A stretch of DNA of 13,044 nt from Octopus sinensis (taxonomy: Eukaryota): contig NW_021826376.1 in assembly GCF_006345805.1 (NCBI RefSeq), positions 1 through 13,044 of the forward strand, read 5' to 3'. Positions 9,759 through 13,044 of this stretch are shown here, in pieces. Made by a program: the position numbers and the translations under genes. The notes under the pieces are model-generated. The model was not told where the DNA came from, did not search any database, and saw only the letters and a program-made list of their open reading frames with translations. Every line of letters starts with the position of its first letter. Within the stretch, counting starts at the first letter, position 1.

Positions 9759-10149
9759 ATCTATTTTTACTTATGCGTGCGCACTTTCGCATTTGAACGG
9801 TCGTGTGCCTGCGTAATGTGTGTTTGTGTGTGTATGTGTGCGCGAGCGTGAGTGTAGTGTGTGTATATTTGTGCGTACACATACATGTATGTTTCAGTAG
9901 CTGTTATTTTGGTAGCGATGTGTCCCTTGTACACTACAGACGACTCCACAATGTTGATACTGTCATCGTTGTAATAGGTTTTACATATTAGAAAACAGAG
10001 AGAAAGAAGAAAAGAAAGAAGGAAGGAAGGAAGGAAATACTAAATGCGGAAACAAAATAAATTATGAAATAAAAAATACAAAAACAAAAACTGGCATTCG
10101 GCGTACGAACGAGAGTAAATATTGACCGTCATCATCTATATTCACAAAA

Positions 10150-10368
10150 ACATACATAGTTATATGCACACATAGACACACGTGCACACACAGACACATA
10201 CACACACATACAATTAGATGCGCGTGTATATATGAAGATACAAATACGCACACACACACACACACGAAGGATACATCATATATATATTATATATATATAT
10301 GCATATATACATACACACACACATATATATATATATATGTTATATATATATATATGTATATCTATATG

Positions 10369-10421
<53 letters not shown>

Positions 10422-10657
10422 TGTACGTGTATATATGTATAAATAAAATATGTATGTGTTATGTATATATATATATGTGTGTGTGTGTACATATATATGT
10501 ATATACACACACACTTATGTGTATGTGTAGTGTATATATATGTATAATATATATATATATGTGTGTGTGTGTATATATATATATATGTATGTATTATATA
10601 TGTATGTAGTATGTATGTATGTATGTATGTATGTATGTATGTATTGTATGTATATAT
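10150..10657. repeat. Compound (CA)n/(TA)n/(TG)n/(TATG)n microsatellite field
   Basis: Directly visible. Confidence 0.95.
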
Positions 10658-10789
10658 ACCCTGTGAGAGTATCTAGGTGTGTTATTTATTAAGTTATATT
10701 ACATTACGATTTCTTCCGAGAAAGAAAATATAACGGAAGTCGTAATTACACATTACGGAAAAACTACTGCTACACAAAACGTATATATC

Positions 10790-10818
<29 letters not shown>
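10790..10818. repeat. (CA)n microsatellite
   Basis: Directly visible. Confidence 0.95.
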
Positions 10819-10820
<2 letters not shown>

Positions 10821-10975
10821 GGTAGTGTCCAGCAAGGCAACATTCTAATAACTGAAACGTGTGTTTGTGTGTGCGTATGGGCGGCGCGCGTGTGTGTTGG
10901 GTGTATGTGTGTGTCTGCATGGCTGTGTGCGTGTAATGTTAGAAACTAACTCTCGATGAACTTTTTCTATTTTAG

Positions 10976-11065
10976 CAAGCAACGAAAAACTAAACAGTGA
11001 AAATACTCCGGTTCAGAACAACAATCTGGGAATAATCTGCCATCAAGTACGGATCATACTCCCAG
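10976..11065 (+). CDS. Candidate 90-bp internal exon of an unidentified host gene (phase 1-1)
   Basis: Branch-point-like ACTAAC (~10945-10950), pyrimidine tract CTTTTTCTATTTTAG, donor CAG|GTATGT. Only one frame is open: SNEKLNSENTPVQNNNLGIICHQVRIILP. No homology recognised. Confidence 0.4.
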
Positions 11066-11104
11066 GTATGTTAGGACACGAGGGTGGATGTCGTAAAACA
11101 GACG

Positions 11105-11517
11105 GGAACTTTTCGGTTTGAACGGCAGTTTTTTCTAGCGGTGTCATATGAAAATGTCACCCATAATATAACCCTAGGATCGATCTATGCATTCAATCGT
11201 TTTTAGGGTTAGGGTTAGGGGTGGGGGGAAGGGTTATCTTTTTGTCTTCAGAAATGTAAATACACCCAATCTGTTTCTTAAACGAGGGACATATTCATAC
11301 GGCACAGAATGTTTTCACCTCAATAGACGTCAGTGATTGGTTGAAATTGCCGAAATTGAAGACAAAAAACAATAAATATCTTACAAACTAGAATTTTCTC
11401 AATAAAGCCAAGAGAAAAAGATGTTTTATAAACGCATTCTACCAGTATATGAAGTTTAAAAGTGTTTAGTTATGTAGAAATTATTTAAAAAAACTGCCGT
11501 TCAAACCTAAAAGATCC
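11105..11517 (+). mobile_element. MITE, GGATC-terminal family, with internal (TTAGGG)3 (copy 2)
   Basis: TIRs GGAACTTTTCGGTTTGAACGGCAG / CTGCCGTTCAAACCTAAAAGATCC. Colinear with 3116-3519. Confidence 0.92.
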
Positions 11518-11585
11518 CAGAACCACAATCCGGGAATAATCAGTCATCAAGTACGGATCATACACCCAAAGTATATTAGGACCAC

Positions 11586-11615
11586 AATAGCCCCTTGTGG
11601 GCAAAAAAAGAAATA
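11586..11615 (+). mobile_element. 30-bp extreme 3' end of an L1/Tx1-type LINE with a 14-bp TSD
   Basis: TATATTAGGACCAC is duplicated at 11572-11585 and 11616-11629. The insert GCCCCTTGTGGGCAAAAAAAGAAA resembles the Tx1 3' end GCCCTGTGTGGCTAATAAAGAAA at 2687-2709. Confidence 0.7.
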
Positions 11616-11761
11616 TATATTAGGACCACGATGGTGGATGCCGTAAGACAGGCGGGTGCGTTTAGAAGGAGATGCTAAAAGTGAACGTCGCTTCAAGATT
11701 CATGCATCAAAGCAAATCTGTTTGCGAATTGTAATTACAGCCAAGGAAAAAATATATCTAA

Positions 11762-11989
11762 CTTTTACTTGTTTCAGTCATTTGACTGAGGCCATGCTGG
11801 AGCACCGCCTTTAGTTGAGTAAATTGATCCCAGAACTTATTGTTTGGAAGCCTAGTGCTTATTCTAACGGTCTCTGTTGCGGAACAGCTAAGTTACGGGG
11901 ACGTAAACACTCCACCATTGGTTGTCAAGCGATGTTGGGGGGACAAACACAGACACACAAAGATATACACACGCATATATATATATATA

Positions 11990-12038
<49 letters not shown>

Positions 12039-12438
12039 AGGCGTAATGGCCCAGTGGTTAGGGCAGCGGATTCGCGGTCGTAGGATCGCGGTTTCGATTC
12101 CCGACCCACCGGGCGTTGTGAGTGTTTATGAGCGAAAACACCTAAAGTTCTCCACGAGGCTCCTGCAGGGGGTGGTGGCGAACCCTGCTGTACTCTTTCA
12201 CTACAACTTTCTCTCACTTTTTCTTCTGTTGGGACTGCTCTCTTAGCCAGCGGGGTGGCGTCATTTGAAGGCTAAAACAATGCGAAGCGCATTGTGACCA
12301 GCGATGTGTAGCAACATCTGAGAGCCTGGTCGGTCACGGTGATCACGGTGTTATATATATACGACGGGCGTCTTTCAGTTTCCGTCTACCAAATCCGCTC
12401 TCAAGGCTTTGGTTGGCCCGAGGCTATAGTAGAAGACA
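11762..12438 (-). mobile_element. tRNA-derived SINE, family 1, reverse copy; split by a family 2 SINE and cut at 12440 by a GGATC element
   Basis: 11762-~11965 and 12351-12438 are reverse complements of the SINE halves at 5255-5460 and 3823-3902. Confidence 0.9.
12037..12350 (+). mobile_element. tRNA-derived SINE, family 2
   Basis: A box TGGCCCAGTGG (12047-12057), B box GGTTTCGATTCC (12090-12101), unrelated body and a 3' tandem (TCACGGTGA)-type repeat. Confidence 0.88.
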
Positions 12439-12439
12439 T

Positions 12440-12570
12440 GGATCTTTTCCCTTTGAACGGCAGATCGAAAAATTAATTTTTTGTAATTAATCGAAACCAT
12501 GAAATTGCAATCATGAGTTTAACATCCTAACCATTAAGTCACACACACACACCCCCACACACACACACGT
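12440..12570 (+). mobile_element. Left end of a further GGATC-terminal element; right end not found
   Basis: GGATCTTTTCCCTTTGAACGGCAG matches the family TIR and truncates the SINE. The end coordinate is arbitrary. Confidence 0.65.
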
Positions 12571-13044
12571 ATTAATAATGAAAGGGTAAATTTTTATTAA
12601 TTAAATTAATTAATTAATTAAGTAATTAAAATTAGGGTTCAGCTAACTGCTTCACCACATACCCAATTTAGAAATAGGAGTTAAAAAAATTCCTTTTCTA
12701 CTACTATAAGAATCTCCATGACGGTAAACTTACTTTTTTTCGAAGGCGAAGAGAAAAATAATGAATCAATAATCCTGGTCGTGTTGATTCATCGATTTTC
12801 TCTGCCTTTGTAAAAAAGTATGTGTTAACAACAAACAAGATGAGGACAAATATCCGTCAAATGTAAATAAAGTAAATAATGGTTTAGGTCAAACAACTGA
12901 CAAGAAGAATATTTGCTGTAGCCCATCTTTTATACCAAGACAAAACAATGTGCATGATAACACTTCCAATCAGTACTGCATCAGGCTGCGTACTGTGGTC
13001 GGTCTAATCAACTGGCTCCTTCCCCCAAATTCCGGGCCTTGTGC

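Larger units (their letters stand above)
11014..11655 (+). repeat. ~92-bp diverged direct repeat (11014-11105 and 11518-11655) bracketing the MITE
   Basis: CAGAAC.ACAATC.GGGAATAATC..CATCAAGTACGGATCATAC..TTAGGAC..GGTGGATG.CGTAA.ACAG.CGG occurs twice. The second copy has 44 extra bp. Confidence 0.9.

Noticed and set aside
9898-9977. Possible exon after TTTCAG (VAVILVAMCPLY...)
   Set aside because: Weak pyrimidine tract, poor donor and an in-frame stop, with no supporting homology.
9447-10609. His/Thr/Tyr/Ile- and Val/Cys-rich ORFs
   Set aside because: They are microsatellite translations.
12037-12110. Functional tRNA gene
   Set aside because: A and B boxes are present, but there is no proper acceptor stem or T-run terminator and it continues into a SINE body.
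12825-13044. Probable fragments of further SINE/LINE 3' ends
   Set aside because: They look repeat-like, but there is no second copy, TSD or ORF in the window to support boundaries or identity.

Overview
AT-rich, microsatellite-dense animal genomic DNA made almost entirely of nested transposable elements. The SINE and microsatellite content resembles Octopus/coleoid cephalopod DNA, which is an inference and was not verified. None of the supplied ORFs is a convincing intact host gene. The window holds a 5'-truncated Tx1/L1-clade LINE with (CTAT)n arrays on both sides and three (TA)n-associated Penelope-like (PLE) remnants carrying hammerhead-ribozyme motifs. A 4.5-kb pogo/Tigger element (3621-8134) hosts a SINE, a full-length mariner, a MITE, an RTE LINE fragment and a Helitron. 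There is also a GGATC-terminal MITE family with internal (TTAGGG)3, two tRNA-derived SINE families and one candidate 90-bp host exon. The most interesting signals are the hammerhead motifs (two minimal ones with covarying stems, one with an intact core inside a 475-bp foldback) and the apparently (CTAT)n-targeting Tx1 element.
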